A DNA stretch of 47,411 nt from contig JAUPUR010000016.1 in the NCBI GenBank assembly GCA_030917445.1, positions 1-47,411 on the forward strand, read 5' to 3'. A model generated the notes under the pieces. That model saw nothing but the letters and a program-made list of their open reading frames with translations, was not told where the DNA came from and did not search any database. The stretch's first letter is position 1, and each line of letters opens with the position of its first letter. Shown here piece after piece: positions 25,035-35,226 of the stretch. Both the position numbers and the translations under genes were made by a program. The stretch is from Patescibacteria group bacterium. GTDB taxonomy: Bacteria > Patescibacteriota > Microgenomatia > Levybacterales > UBA12049.

Positions 25035-26919
25035 CAACAACTTCTCCTTCCACCGGCTCATCAGATGATTTTGCCTCGGAAGAAGTATCTGAAGCATCTT
25101 GTGTTTCAGAAGGTTGCTCAGCTTGAGGGTTTTGAGACATTGCTTGCCCGACTTTCTGAAGACTTTCTGAAAGTTCCTGTGTTTTTGTCTGTAACTCTTC
25201 TTTTGTTCCAGTATCTAAAATTCCTTTTAGATTTGAGATTTTCTCACCTACTTCTTTTTTGAGATCTTCACTGACTTTATCTCCTGCATCTTTAAGAGAT
25301 TTTTCAGAAGTAAATATCAATGCATCTGCCTGATTTTTAGCTTCAATTTGCTCTTTCTTTTCTTCATCTTCCTTTGCATGGAGTTCTGCTTCTTTGGTCA
25401 TTCTTTCAACTTCCTCTTTTGATAGGCCTGTTGAACCTGTAATTTTGATACTTTGCTCTTTTCCAGAAGCTTTATCTTGAGCTTTTACATGTAAAAGTCC
25501 ACTTGCATCAATATCAAAGGTAACTTCAACCTGTGGCATTCCTCGAGGAGCAGGTGGAATACCGTCTAAAATAAATCTACCGAGTGACTTATTATCCTGA
25601 GCCATAGGGCGCTCTCCTTGCAAAATATTAATTTCCACTTGAGTTTGATTGTCAGACGCAGTTGAGAAAACTTGAGATTTGGATGTTGGGATGGTGGTAT
25701 TTCGTGGAATAAGTGGTGTAGATACTCCTCCAAGTGTTTCAAGTCCAAGAGTTAAAGGTGTGACATCTAAAAGAAGGACATCTTTGACATCACCTGAAAG
25801 TACTCCACCTTGTACTGCAGCTCCAATTGCAACAACTTCATCTGGGTTAACAGATTTATTTGGCTCTTTCCCAAAGAATTGAGAAACAGTTTCAACGATT
25901 TTTGGCATCCTTGTCATACCACCTACAAGTACAACCTCATCAATATCTGCTGCCTTCAGTGACGCATCACTGAGAGCTTTTTCAACTGGTTTAAGTGTTT
26001 TCTGAATAAGTTCATCAACAAGACTCTCTAACTTTGCCCGTGAAAGTGTCATGGTCAGATGAAGAGGACCTGCTGATCCTTGAGTAATAAATGGCTGATT
26101 GATTTGAGCTTCTTGAGAAACAGAGAGTTCAATTTTTGCTTTTTCAGCAGATTCTTTCAATCTTTGAAGTGCTTGTGGATCCTGTCTTAAGTCCACAGAA
26201 TTTTCCTTCTTAAATTCATCAGCAATATAATCGATTATAACTTGATCAAAATCATCTCCCCCAAGATGAGTATCTCCATTTGTGGACTTAACTTCAGTTA
26301 CTCCATCGCCAAGTTCAAGGATTGAGATATCAAATGTACCTCCACCTAGATCATAAACTGCAATTGTATGTGCATTTTTCTTATCAAGTCCATATGCAAG
26401 AGCTGCAGCAGTTGGTTCATTAATAATTCTCTTAACTTCAAGTCCAGCAATTTCTCCTGCCTGCATCGTTGCTTGTCTCTGACTGTCGTCAAAATATGCT
26501 GGAACAGTAATAACCGCTTCTGTTACTTTTTCACCAAGATAACTTTCCGCGTCAGCCTTTATTTTTTGAAGTATTTGTGCAGAAATTTCTTGAGGTGTGT
26601 ATGTTTTTCCATCTACTTCAACAACTGCCATATCATCTCTTCCGGCTTTGACAGTATAAGGAAGAAGTTTTATGTCTTTCTGTACGGAAGCATCACTAAA
26701 TTTTTTCCCCATAAGACGTTTGACAGAAAAGATTGTTTCTCTTGGCTTCAAAACCATCTGACGTTTTGCAACGTCTCCCACAACATGTGTTTTAGGATCT
26801 ACAACTGATGGAATAACATTTCTTCCTTCAGCTGAATGAATAACTTTGGGAGATCCTCCCTCCATTACTGCGACACATGAGTTTGTTGTACCTAAATCAA
26901 TTCCAATTATTTTTCCCAT
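25018..26919 (-). CDS. dnaK: Molecular chaperone DnaK (Hsp70)
   Basis: [31 protein letters not shown]. 633 aa. Confidence 0.97.
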   Translation of the reverse strand: MGKIIGIDLGTTNSCVAVMEGGSPKVIHSAEGRNVIPSVVDPKTHVVGDVAKRQMVLKPRETIFSVKRLMGKKFSDASVQKDIKLLPYTVKAGRDDMAVVEVDGKTYTPQEISAQILQKIKADAESYLGEKVTEAVITVPAYFDDSQRQATMQAGEIAGLEVKRIINEPTAAALAYGLDKKNAHTIAVYDLGGGTFDISILELGDGVTEVKSTNGDTHLGGDDFDQVIIDYIADEFKKENSVDLRQDPQALQRLKESAEKAKIELSVSQEAQINQPFITQGSAGPLHLTMTLSRAKLESLVDELIQKTLKPVEKALSDASLKAADIDEVVLVGGMTRMPKIVETVSQFFGKEPNKSVNPDEVVAIGAAVQGGVLSGDVKDVLLLDVTPLTLGLETLGGVSTPLIPRNTTIPTSKSQVFSTASDNQTQVEINILQGERPMAQDNKSLGRFILDGIPPAPRGMPQVEVTFDIDASGLLHVKAQDKASGKEQSIKITGSTGLSKEEVERMTKEAELHAKEDEEKKEQIEAKNQADALIFTSEKSLKDAGDKVSEDLKKEVGEKISNLKGILDTGTKEELQTKTQELSESLQKVGQAMSQNPQAEQPSETQDASDTSSEAKSSDEPVEGEVVDDGKK

Positions 26920-26925
26920 AATTTA

Positions 26926-27390
26926 TTATTCCTTTTCTCCATTCCCAACGATTACTTGAGCTGGTCTTAAGAGCTTATCATGTAAGAGGAACCCTGCACG
27001 TACCTCTGATATAACAACCTCTTTTTCTCCATTTTGTGTTGTAATAACTTCCATGTGAGTAGGATCAAAATGTTGACCGATAGTCTCCATTCGAATTATT
27101 CCTTCTCTTTTAAGCGTATCTAGAAATTGTTGAGTACAGATCTTAAGCGTTTGATCTTCACTATGCAGACCTGCCATAAGTAATGTATCCAAAATTGGCA
27201 AAAATCGCAAGATTATATCTTTATTCGCTGATCTTATGAGATCGCCTCTTTCATCTCTAACCCGCTTTTCAAGGTTCTGATAATCAGCCAGTGCTCTTTT
27301 GTACTTGTTCTCCCATTCGCTTATCTGATCATCTTGAATTTCTTCTTCTTTTTCTTCTTCGTCTTGAATTTGTGTTGTATCGTCTGTCAT
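26926..27390 (-). CDS. grpE: Nucleotide exchange factor GrpE
   Basis: ALADYQNLEKRVRDE coiled coil and a C-terminal beta domain. ATG 27390 lies 1 nt after the hrcA stop, and the longer ORF-track start would overlap hrcA. Confidence 0.9.
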   Translation of the reverse strand: MTDDTTQIQDEEEKEEEIQDDQISEWENKYKRALADYQNLEKRVRDERGDLIRSANKDIILRFLPILDTLLMAGLHSEDQTLKICTQQFLDTLKREGIIRMETIGQHFDPTHMEVITTQNGEKEVVISEVRAGFLLHDKLLRPAQVIVGNGEKE

Positions 27391-27391
27391 T

Positions 27392-28129
27392 TTACCAACC
27401 CTTTGCCATTGATTCAATAAGTGTTCCAAAATAACGAACTGTTGGAACTACCGTCGTGTAATTTAACCTTACAGGACCGATGACGCCAATTTCTCCAGAA
27501 CCATGCTCTGGTGTCTCATAATGAGTAAATACAAAACTATATGGACCTGTCAACTCCTGTCCAAGCTCATCCCCCATCAATATATAAATATCCTCACCCA
27601 TGGTTGCATACGGTTGTTTACATAATTTATGAAAATAATCGTATTCATCAAGCGTTGAAAGTAAAGCTTTTGTGATATCTATATCAAAAAACTCTGGCAT
27701 ATCTAAAATGTTTGCATATCCTGAGGTAAGAACATCACCTTCATTTGTTGTTGCAATTGCAAGTGCACCTGTTTTATGTGCAAGTGATTTTGTTGCTTCT
27801 TTTAAAAATCGCTGCATAGTCTCACGGTAGTCCCAAATTTTTTCTTTGAGCGCAACTTCCTCAACTGTTGAAAGGACTTTCTCTTTCATTAACTCTTTTA
27901 CATAAAATTTCATTCCCATTGGAGTAGGCACACGACCTGCGGATGAATGAAGCTTTTTTAAGTAACCAAGTTCTGAAAGTCTTACCATTTCATTTCTGAT
28001 TGTGGCTGGTGATGCACTTAGACTATACTTCTTTTCTAAAGTCTCAGATCCCACAGCATCAGCTGTATTAATATATTCTTCAATAATTGCTTTTAAAATA
28101 TGTACCTGTCTTTGTGTAAGATTATGCAT
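27392..28129 (-). CDS. hrcA: Heat-inducible transcription repressor HrcA (short, 245 aa)
   Basis: LTQRQVHILKAIIEEYINTADAVGSETL..SPATIRNEMVRLSELGYL..HSSAGRVPT. A cognate CIRCE element lies directly upstream. Confidence 0.9.
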   Translation of the reverse strand: MHNLTQRQVHILKAIIEEYINTADAVGSETLEKKYSLSASPATIRNEMVRLSELGYLKKLHSSAGRVPTPMGMKFYVKELMKEKVLSTVEEVALKEKIWDYRETMQRFLKEATKSLAHKTGALAIATTNEGDVLTSGYANILDMPEFFDIDITKALLSTLDEYDYFHKLCKQPYATMGEDIYILMGDELGQELTGPYSFVFTHYETPEHGSGEIGVIGPVRLNYTTVVPTVRYFGTLIESMAKGW

Positions 28130-28144
28130 AAATGTAATACAGAA

Positions 28145-28171
28145 TTAGCACTATAATATCAGGAGTGCTAT
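28145..28171 (-). promoter_or_regulatory. CIRCE operator (HrcA binding site)
   Basis: TTAGCACTA-TAATATCAG-GAGTGCTAT versus consensus TTAGCACTC-N9-GAGTGCTAA (16/18 arm positions). It begins 15 nt upstream of the hrcA ATG and overlaps the -10 box. Confidence 0.88.
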
Positions 28172-28181
28172 TTTTTGTCAA
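28153..28181 (-). promoter_or_regulatory. Promoter of hrcA-grpE-dnaK operon (TTGACA-17-TATTAT)
   Basis: Minus strand reads TTGACAaaaaatagcactcctgaTATTAT. Interleaving with CIRCE is the classical arrangement. Confidence 0.55.
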
Positions 28182-28225
28182 TATTACTTTTTGAAGAAAA
28201 AAAGAAATTCTATACAATAATAAAT

Positions 28226-28567
28226 ATGAGAAGAAAAAACAGAAAATTACTCCATCTCTTCCTTGCACTTCTAAGCGGAGGAAGTCTTTTGGCGTGTATT
28301 CTACTCCTCTCCCCAAAGTATGCATTTGAACTACCATTTTTCAACATACCTATTCTCATCATTTTTTTCATTCTTCTTCCATGCTTTCTTTTCTTTGGAA
28401 TCTCTTTTGCAACAAAAAGCCGGAAACATGCGTATCTTATTACATTTTTCGTCCTTGTTTATCTTTTATTTAGACTCTGGGGGTTGACTCACCCCTTTTT
28501 CTTCTTCCTCCTCCTGGCACTCTTTCTCACCTTAGAGCTTCTCTTTACAAGTAAAAACCATTCCTGA
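28226..28567 (+). CDS. Hypothetical small polytopic membrane protein
   Basis: 113 aa from ATG 28226 (MRRKNRKLL..), with 3-4 hydrophobic helices. The ORF-track start at 28175 falls inside the hrcA promoter. Confidence 0.5.
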   Translation: MRRKNRKLLHLFLALLSGGSLLACILLLSPKYAFELPFFNIPILIIFFILLPCFLFFGISFATKSRKHAYLITFFVLVYLLFRLWGLTHPFFFFLLLALFLTLELLFTSKNHS

Positions 28568-28569
28568 GC

Positions 28570-28598
28570 TTGTTTGAGGCTGGGCACTCTGGTAAAAT
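28570..28598 (+). promoter_or_regulatory. Putative promoter of metG (TTGTTT-17-TGGTAAAAT)
   Basis: The extended -10 ends 5 nt before the metG ATG, consistent with a leaderless transcript. Confidence 0.35.
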
Positions 28599-28603
28599 GA
28601 GGT

Positions 28604-30019
28604 ATGAGCAAATTTTATATAACTAGTGCAATTCCCTACGTAAACGGCAAACCACATATTGGCCACGCACTTGAATACTTTCAGGCAGATACAGTTAAAA
28701 GATTTCACAAACTCCTCGGTGAGGAAACACTTCTCCTATCAGGAGCAGATGAAAATGCACTTAAGAACGTTCAAGCAGCAGAAAAAGAAGGTACAGAAAC
28801 TCAAGCCTTTTTAGATAAAAATTCACAAGTATTCAAAAACGCTTTTAAAACTCTTGGCGTCGAACTGGATATTTTTCAGCGTGGATCAGATAAAGAAAAA
28901 CATTGGCCAGGGGTACAAAAACTTTGGCAGCTTTGCCTAGAGAGCGGCGATATATATAAAAAATCATACGAAGGACTCTATTGTATTGGATGTGAGAGTT
29001 TTAAGATTGAAAGTGAGTTAACCCCTGAAGGTTTGTGCCCCGATCATCTCAAAAAGCCTGAACTAGTTAATGAAGAAAACTACTTCTTTAGACTCTCCAA
29101 GTATCAACAAGAGATTATAGATCTCATTGAGTCAAACACCTTGCGAGTAATACCGGAGAACAAACGCCAAGAAACTCTTTCTTTTATAAAATCAGGACTT
29201 GAAGATTTTAGTGTTTCAAGATCTGTAACAAGAGCTAGAGGAATTGGAGTTCCTGTTCCAAATGATGCACAACAGGTTATGTATGTATGGTTTGATGCGC
29301 TAACTATTTATATGACGGGAGTTGGATTTGGAACAGACGAAGAAATGTGGAAAAAATGGTGGCCAGCCGATATTCACGTTATTGGAAAAGATATTAATCG
29401 GTTTCATACAGTCTACTGGCCAGCAATGCTTCTCTCTGCCAAACTACCACTTCCAAAGACAATCCTCATCCACGATTTTATTATTAGTGGTGGTCAAAAG
29501 ATGAGTAAAACTCTTGGAAATGTGATTGATCCATTTGAGATGATCAACCAATTTGGACTTGAACCATTTAGATATTTCCTTCTCTCACAAATGCCAATTG
29601 ACGATACAGGTGATTTTACTGTCGAGAGATTTAGAGAAGTGTTTCAAGCGAATCTAGCAAATGGACTGGGCAATCTCGTCGCAAGACTTGCCAAACTCGC
29701 TGAGAATAACCAAATAACTCTGGAAGATAATACCCTATCAATTGATACAGAAGTCATAAAAGCTTTAGAAACCTTTAACTTCAGTCTTGCACTTGAATCA
29801 CTATGGAAAAGGATGACTGTCCTTGACAAAAAACTTAATGAAACAAAACCTTGGACCCTTCCACCATCTGAAGCAACACCTCTACTTATTGAACTTGCAT
29901 ATGAAGTTCGAACTATTGCCTACAATCTACAACCATTTATGCCTGAAACTGCAAAAAAGATCCTTGATCAATTTAGTGGTGAGATAAAAGCTCAATCTCC
30001 ACTTTTCCCACGCATATAA
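28604..30019 (+). CDS. metG: Methionine--tRNA ligase (short form)
   Basis: ITSAIPYVNGKPHIGHALEY (HIGH), KMSKTLGN (KMSKS), and a CIGCESF..CPDH knuckle. Confidence 0.95.
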   Translation: MSKFYITSAIPYVNGKPHIGHALEYFQADTVKRFHKLLGEETLLLSGADENALKNVQAAEKEGTETQAFLDKNSQVFKNAFKTLGVELDIFQRGSDKEKHWPGVQKLWQLCLESGDIYKKSYEGLYCIGCESFKIESELTPEGLCPDHLKKPELVNEENYFFRLSKYQQEIIDLIESNTLRVIPENKRQETLSFIKSGLEDFSVSRSVTRARGIGVPVPNDAQQVMYVWFDALTIYMTGVGFGTDEEMWKKWWPADIHVIGKDINRFHTVYWPAMLLSAKLPLPKTILIHDFIISGGQKMSKTLGNVIDPFEMINQFGLEPFRYFLLSQMPIDDTGDFTVERFREVFQANLANGLGNLVARLAKLAENNQITLEDNTLSIDTEVIKALETFNFSLALESLWKRMTVLDKKLNETKPWTLPPSEATPLLIELAYEVRTIAYNLQPFMPETAKKILDQFSGEIKAQSPLFPRI

Positions 30020-30022
30020 CCT

Positions 30023-30829
30023 ATGATTGATATTCACTGTCATCTTAATTTTCACTCATTCGAAAAAGATTATGAGCAAGTAATCAAAAGAGCTCACAAC
30101 GCAGGTGTTACGCGAATTATTAATGTCGGGACAAAAATTGATTCGAGTGAATGGGCAGTCAAGCTTGCTCATGAGTTTGATAACCTTTATGCCATTGTCG
30201 GCGTCCATCCTCATCATGCAGACAAAATAGAACTCTCGAATACTTGGCTTGAAGAACTAAGAAAAATTGCTTTAGAAAAAAAGGTAATAGGAATCGGCGA
30301 AATTGGCCTTGATTACTTTTCATACAAATCAAATGGCATTGTCGATCCTGCTCTTCAAAAAGAAATCTTTTCTTTACAAATTGAACTAGCACATGAACTA
30401 AATCTTCCTCTGCAAATTCATAATCGACATGCTGGAGAGGATGTTATCAAAATGCTTAAGGAAAGAAAAAATCTTCTACAAAATATTCCAGGCATGTTCC
30501 ATTGTTTTGCAGGTACTATGGACGTACTTAAAGATGCTCTTGATCTTGGATTTTATATTGGATTTGATGGCAACAGTACATACAAAGGTCTCGCACCAGG
30601 TGAAAGTGTTTCATTAAGTGAGCAGATCGCATATACACCTCTTGACAGAATAGTTACAGAAACAGATAGTCCTTACCTTACTCCACTCCCACATCGAGGC
30701 CAGCGGAATGAACCAGCCTATGTTATACTCGTTGGGCAGCATATAGCTTTGGTCAAAAATAAACCTTTTGAGCAAGTAGTAGAACAAACTACTAAGAACG
30801 TCTATACTGTATTTAGTCGTCTTCAGTAA
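30023..30829 (+). CDS. tatD: TatD-family metal-dependent hydrolase/DNase
   Basis: MIDIHCHLNF (HxH), GEIGLDY, HNRHA and ETDSPYL motifs. metG-tatD adjacency is common. Confidence 0.9.
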   Translation: MIDIHCHLNFHSFEKDYEQVIKRAHNAGVTRIINVGTKIDSSEWAVKLAHEFDNLYAIVGVHPHHADKIELSNTWLEELRKIALEKKVIGIGEIGLDYFSYKSNGIVDPALQKEIFSLQIELAHELNLPLQIHNRHAGEDVIKMLKERKNLLQNIPGMFHCFAGTMDVLKDALDLGFYIGFDGNSTYKGLAPGESVSLSEQIAYTPLDRIVTETDSPYLTPLPHRGQRNEPAYVILVGQHIALVKNKPFEQVVEQTTKNVYTVFSRLQ

Positions 30830-30833
30830 TAAT

Positions 30834-32327
30834 ATGACCTCATTTTTTGATAAAATTTTTACCCGTTATCCAATAAAAACCAAGCGAGCATTGGAAATCT
30901 CAATCGGTTTTGCATCATGGAGTGTTATTCTCTCTCCTCTTTGGGGATCGTTTCTTATTCCAGCCTTTCTTGCTTACTTTATACTTTTCTTTGATATTTA
31001 CTGGTTTTACAAATCATACTCTCTTGTGATCAACGCATATCGATCAAGTCAACGAATTAAAAAAGCTGAAAAAGAAGACTGGGTATCAAAAGCAAAAGTA
31101 CTTCCAGGTTTTGATAAGGTACATCATGTTCTCATCATGACAAGCTACAAAGAAAGTATTGAAAAAATGAGAACAACACTTGAGAACCTTACTCGCCAAA
31201 CACTCTCCCCTAAAAAATTATTCGTCGTTCTCGCTATGGAAGAGAGAGAACAAGAAGCAAAAGAAAAAGCAAGTATTCTCATAAAAGAATTTAAACCCTT
31301 TTTTGGAGATATGTTCGCAACATACCACATTGATGCACCTGGCGAAATTAAAGGAAAATCCTCAAATGAAGCATTTGCTGGAAAAGAAGCTCATGAAATT
31401 CTCTATCTCAAAGGCAAACTTGATATTGAATATGCAACAATCTCATCTGTCGATGTTGATTCAATATTTCATAAACATTTCTTTGCTTATCTCTCATACA
31501 AATATCTTGTTGATCCTCAGAGATATCATAAATTTTGGCAAACTGCCACAGTCTTTTACAACAATATTTGGAAAGTTCCCGCACCGATTCGAATTATTTC
31601 ATTCTTTGGAAGTTTGTGGAGGATTTCACTTCTTGTTCAAGGAGATAGACTTATTACACAATCAACTTACTCGCTTTCATTCAAAATGCTGAGAGATATT
31701 GGATTCTGGGATGCAGACGTTATACCTGAGGACTACAGAATCTTTTTCAAAGCATTCTTTAAATTAAAAGGGAAAGTCTGGGTCGAACCAATATTCCTCA
31801 AGACATCAATGGATGCAGCGTACTCACACGGATATATTAATAGTCTAAAAAACAAATATCACCAAGAAAGACGTTGGTCATGGGGTGTCTCTGATGACCC
31901 GCTTTTTATTAAATGGTGGTTCACAGTTCCAAATGTACCGTTTTTGAGAAAAACAGTTATGGTCTATCATGTGGTTATGGACCACTTCCTCTGGCCTGTA
32001 AATTGGTTCATTATAACCGTCGCAGCTAATGTTATGCCTTTTATCAATCCAGCTTTCTCTCGAACATCTCTTGGATATACACTTCCAAGCTTGGCCGGAT
32101 TTATTCTCACAGCGTGTATAGCTGCTATTTTTGCAATGATGTTTTTGGATTATAAAAACAGACCAGAGAATACCCAGCTACCACTTCACCGTAAAATATT
32201 CTTTCCGCTTGAATTTATCTTAATGCCAATTGTTGGATTTTTTCTTTCAGCATTGCCAGCACTTATTTCACATACGCAACTCATGCTTGGAAAGCGTATG
32301 GAATATAAAGTGACTGATAAAGCATGA
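30834..32327 (+). CDS. Integral-membrane processive family-2 glycosyltransferase (cellulose/chitin/hyaluronan-synthase-like)
   Basis: N- and C-terminal TM helices flank a cytoplasmic GT-A domain. It has SVDVDS (DxD-type) and HQERRWSWG (QxxRW) motifs. Confidence 0.75.
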   Translation: MTSFFDKIFTRYPIKTKRALEISIGFASWSVILSPLWGSFLIPAFLAYFILFFDIYWFYKSYSLVINAYRSSQRIKKAEKEDWVSKAKVLPGFDKVHHVLIMTSYKESIEKMRTTLENLTRQTLSPKKLFVVLAMEEREQEAKEKASILIKEFKPFFGDMFATYHIDAPGEIKGKSSNEAFAGKEAHEILYLKGKLDIEYATISSVDVDSIFHKHFFAYLSYKYLVDPQRYHKFWQTATVFYNNIWKVPAPIRIISFFGSLWRISLLVQGDRLITQSTYSLSFKMLRDIGFWDADVIPEDYRIFFKAFFKLKGKVWVEPIFLKTSMDAAYSHGYINSLKNKYHQERRWSWGVSDDPLFIKWWFTVPNVPFLRKTVMVYHVVMDHFLWPVNWFIITVAANVMPFINPAFSRTSLGYTLPSLAGFILTACIAAIFAMMFLDYKNRPENTQLPLHRKIFFPLEFILMPIVGFFLSALPALISHTQLMLGKRMEYKVTDKA

Positions 32328-33826
32328 AAAATCTATCCAAACTTGAAAAATGTAAAGAGTTTTGGTACCTCCTTTTCATAATTTGTCTTTTCTTTTTCCT
32401 CCGATTGCCTTCACTCATTGAGCCATATTGGTATGGAGATGAAGGTATCTATGAGGTACTTGGTGCAGGAATTTCACAAGGAAGAATACTTTATGCAGAA
32501 ATCTGGGATAACAAACCTCCACTACTTTATATTTTCTATGCACTCGTTGGAGCAGACCAATTTAATATTCGCCTCCTTTCTCTCTTGACGGGAATTGCAA
32601 CTATTCTTTCATTCTTTTCACTCTCACAAAAATTATTCAAAAGAACTTTCACGACTCTCATTGTAACGACTGTTTTCGCTATTGTTTTTGGACTTCCAAT
32701 TATTGAGGGCAATATCGCCAATGCTGAAAACTTTATGCTCCTTCCAATACTTCTTTCATTTTCAGTTTTTGTATCATTTTTTACTCAAAAGAAAATTTCA
32801 TATCTCAATAGTAAAAAGTTAGGATATCTTTTTTCTGGGTTTCTCCTTGGTTTTGCATTTCTCATAAAAACTGTTGCCCTTTTTGACTTTGCAGCAATAA
32901 TTTTTATTGCTATTATCGCTACGTTTAATGAGCAACTCTCCATTAAAAGATTCCTTCCCCAATTTCGAAAAATTTCACAGGAACTACTCTATCTCACTCT
33001 TGGATTTGTATCTCCATTGCTCATTTCCCTCCTGTACTTCTTAAGTGTTGGAGCATTGACACAGTATATCGATGCAATTTTTCTTTCTACAGTTGGGTAT
33101 GTAGGGTTTAATAATACTTTTTTTATTCCCCAAGGACTTCTCATCTCAAAAGTGATTCTATTAATCCTTTTTATCTCAATACTCTATTTAGTGAGAAAGA
33201 AAATATCATTTACATATCTTTTTATCTTTGTCTGGGTTGGTTTTTCAGTCTTCAATAGCTTCTTTTCTCATAGACCCTACACCCATTATTTGATTATCCT
33301 CCTTCCAAGCTTATGCCTACTTTTGGGACTTTGTCTTGAAGAATTACAGAGAAAAAGACTCATTGCTATCGGATCATTTATTTTTATTCTCTTTTTAGTT
33401 CTCAATTTCTTCAACCGATGGAGCTATACAAAAACAGTTATGTATTATCCAAATTTTGCTCTTTTTGTAACGAATAAAAAATCTCTTCATGATTACCAAT
33501 CATTTTTTGATAGAAGAACTCCACGTGATACAGAAGTTGCACTTTATGTTAAAAATCATCTGGCAAAAAATGCACATGTTTTTTACTGGGGCAACTCTGC
33601 ACAAATGTATAGGCTAAGTAACAAATTACCTCCTGGTCGTTTCACTGTTGCATATCACATAAAAACAAACGAGAATACATTGGAAGAAACATATGATGAT
33701 CTTTTACGTGTCAATCCAGAATATATTATTGTCCTTCCAGACATGGGAGCTTTTCCTTACCCAATGTACAACTATGTTCACAAACTAACCATTCAAGATA
33801 TTGAAATTTATGAACGAATTTATTAA
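32324..33826 (+). CDS. GT-C fold glycosyltransferase (ArnT/PMT_2-like, polyprenyl-phosphate-sugar dependent)
   Basis: ~12 TM helices. First loop reads FLRLPSLIEPYWYGDEGIY...DNKPPLLY, typical of the ArnT/PMT family. ATGA overlap with the upstream GT2 gene. Confidence 0.72.
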   Translation: MKNLSKLEKCKEFWYLLFIICLFFFLRLPSLIEPYWYGDEGIYEVLGAGISQGRILYAEIWDNKPPLLYIFYALVGADQFNIRLLSLLTGIATILSFFSLSQKLFKRTFTTLIVTTVFAIVFGLPIIEGNIANAENFMLLPILLSFSVFVSFFTQKKISYLNSKKLGYLFSGFLLGFAFLIKTVALFDFAAIIFIAIIATFNEQLSIKRFLPQFRKISQELLYLTLGFVSPLLISLLYFLSVGALTQYIDAIFLSTVGYVGFNNTFFIPQGLLISKVILLILFISILYLVRKKISFTYLFIFVWVGFSVFNSFFSHRPYTHYLIILLPSLCLLLGLCLEELQRKRLIAIGSFIFILFLVLNFFNRWSYTKTVMYYPNFALFVTNKKSLHDYQSFFDRRTPRDTEVALYVKNHLAKNAHVFYWGNSAQMYRLSNKLPPGRFTVAYHIKTNENTLEETYDDLLRVNPEYIIVLPDMGAFPYPMYNYVHKLTIQDIEIYERIY

Positions 33827-34163
33827 ACCAATTCTACTTGATAAAATTATAAGATTGACACTTCTGATTTCTTTAGGATTACTTTTCTTGTCACTACTCA
33901 TCGTCGGAATATTTTACACAAGCTTACCTCCATTTATTCCACTCTTTAATCAAATGCCATGGGGAGAAGGTCGCCTTGCACCTACATGGATGTTTTTTCT
34001 TTTACCAGCTGTAACTATCTTTATCGCGATACTCAATATTGCTATCACAAAATTTATATATGAAAAAATGCCGCTTGTTGCAAGAATGCTCCATACTACA
34101 ACACTTCTTCTCAGTATTTTTACAATCATCTTTATTTTTAGAAGTATAAGACTTATAATTTAG
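33810..34163 (+). CDS. Small hypothetical membrane protein
   Basis: 117 aa from ATG 33810 (the ORF-track start at 33801 is TTG), with 3-4 TM helices. Embedded in the glycan cluster. Confidence 0.5.
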   Translation: MNEFIKPILLDKIIRLTLLISLGLLFLSLLIVGIFYTSLPPFIPLFNQMPWGEGRLAPTWMFFLLPAVTIFIAILNIAITKFIYEKMPLVARMLHTTTLLLSIFTIIFIFRSIRLII

Positions 34164-34164
34164 C

Positions 34165-35226
34165 ATGCTTATCGTCACACTTTTACCATTTATTCTCTCA
34201 CTTTGCATAACTGCAGTACTCACATGGCTCCTTCTCCCTCTAATTAAAAAATATGGCCTTATTGATGACCCAAAACTCCATAAACATCCAGGAATTATTC
34301 ACACCAAACCAATCCCGCGCGGTGGTGGATTACCATTCTTTGTAGGAATACTACTTGTCTCACTTATACTTCTTCCATTTAACACTCAACTTTCAGCAAT
34401 ATTTCTTGCAAGTGCAATTGCGCTAATAGTTGGATTGATTGATGACAAATTTAATGCAGAGTCAAAAGATATTAGTCCTTATATAAGATTTCTTGTCAAC
34501 ATTTTATGTGCAACCATAGTAGTCGGAAGTGGAGTTAGTATCTCATTTATTACCAATCCATTTGGCGGAATACTCCATCTTGATACTATTTTAATTCCAC
34601 TACTTAACATTCCAATTGGAGATGTCATTGCAGGGCTTTGGATAATCTGGGTTATGAATATGCTCAACTGGAGCAAAGGTGTTGACGGACAAATGCCTGG
34701 AATTGTAGCGATATCTGCCCTAGTCATTGGATTACTTAGTCTTAGATTTACTGGGGGTGTGATAGATGCCCAATTGTCTTTCATCATTGCAGGAAGTGCT
34801 GTTGGATTTCTCATATTTAATTTTTCCCCAGCCAAAATATTTCCAGGATACGGCGCAACATCTGTCTATCTTCTATTGGCAGTTGTGTCTATTTTTTCAG
34901 GCGCAAAACTAGCTACTGCAATTCTTGTCATGGGAGTCCCAATTGTTGATGCTGTTTTCACAATTATCAGACGACTCATAAATAAAAAATCTCCTTTTAA
35001 GGGAGATCGACTACATCTCCATCATATTCTCCTTGACCTAGGTTACTCCCAAAGACAAGTTGCTTTTGCATATTGGGGATTCTCAGCTCTTCTAGGAACA
35101 GCTGCGTTAACACTTGAAAATAAAAGTAAAATTTTTGCACTCATTATGCTTCTGGTTATAGTCACGGGTGGATTACTTTTTTTACACTTTATGGTACGCT
35201 TAAGGCATGAAAAAGACGTTTCGTGA
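34165..35226 (+). CDS. Polyprenyl-phosphate N-acetylhexosamine-1-phosphate transferase (GT4, WecA/MraY family)
   Basis: 10-11 TM helices. GLIDDKF, NMLNWSKGVDGQ (the NxxNxxDGxDG position), and DRLHLHHILLDLGYS (WecA-type HIHH motif). Confidence 0.85.
   Translation: MLIVTLLPFILSLCITAVLTWLLLPLIKKYGLIDDPKLHKHPGIIHTKPIPRGGGLPFFVGILLVSLILLPFNTQLSAIFLASAIALIVGLIDDKFNAESKDISPYIRFLVNILCATIVVGSGVSISFITNPFGGILHLDTILIPLLNIPIGDVIAGLWIIWVMNMLNWSKGVDGQMPGIVAISALVIGLLSLRFTGGVIDAQLSFIIAGSAVGFLIFNFSPAKIFPGYGATSVYLLLAVVSIFSGAKLATAILVMGVPIVDAVFTIIRRLINKKSPFKGDRLHLHHILLDLGYSQRQVAFAYWGFSALLGTAALTLENKSKIFALIMLLVIVTGGLLFLHFMVRLRHEKDVS

Noticed and set aside
28122-28337. 71-aa minus-strand ORF spanning the hrcA promoter region, and the extended 28175 start of the plus-strand membrane ORF.
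   Set aside because: The region is fully accounted for by the CIRCE operator, the hrcA promoter and the 28226 ATG start of the membrane ORF. The minus-strand ORF would run across its own operon's promoter.
28130-28603. Divergent strand switch (minus-strand genes to the left, plus-strand genes to the right) as a possible replication origin.
   Set aside because: I saw no cluster of DnaA boxes, no dnaA/dnaN nearby and no AT-rich unwinding repeats. Further strand switches occur at 36.15 kb and 45.5 kb. The spacer is explained by promoters and CIRCE.
28568-28603. Possible T-box or riboswitch upstream of metG (and likewise upstream of lysK at 39325-39349).
   Set aside because: The spacers are only 36 and 25 nt, far too short for a T-box (~200 nt) or an L-box. 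They contain only promoter-like hexamers.
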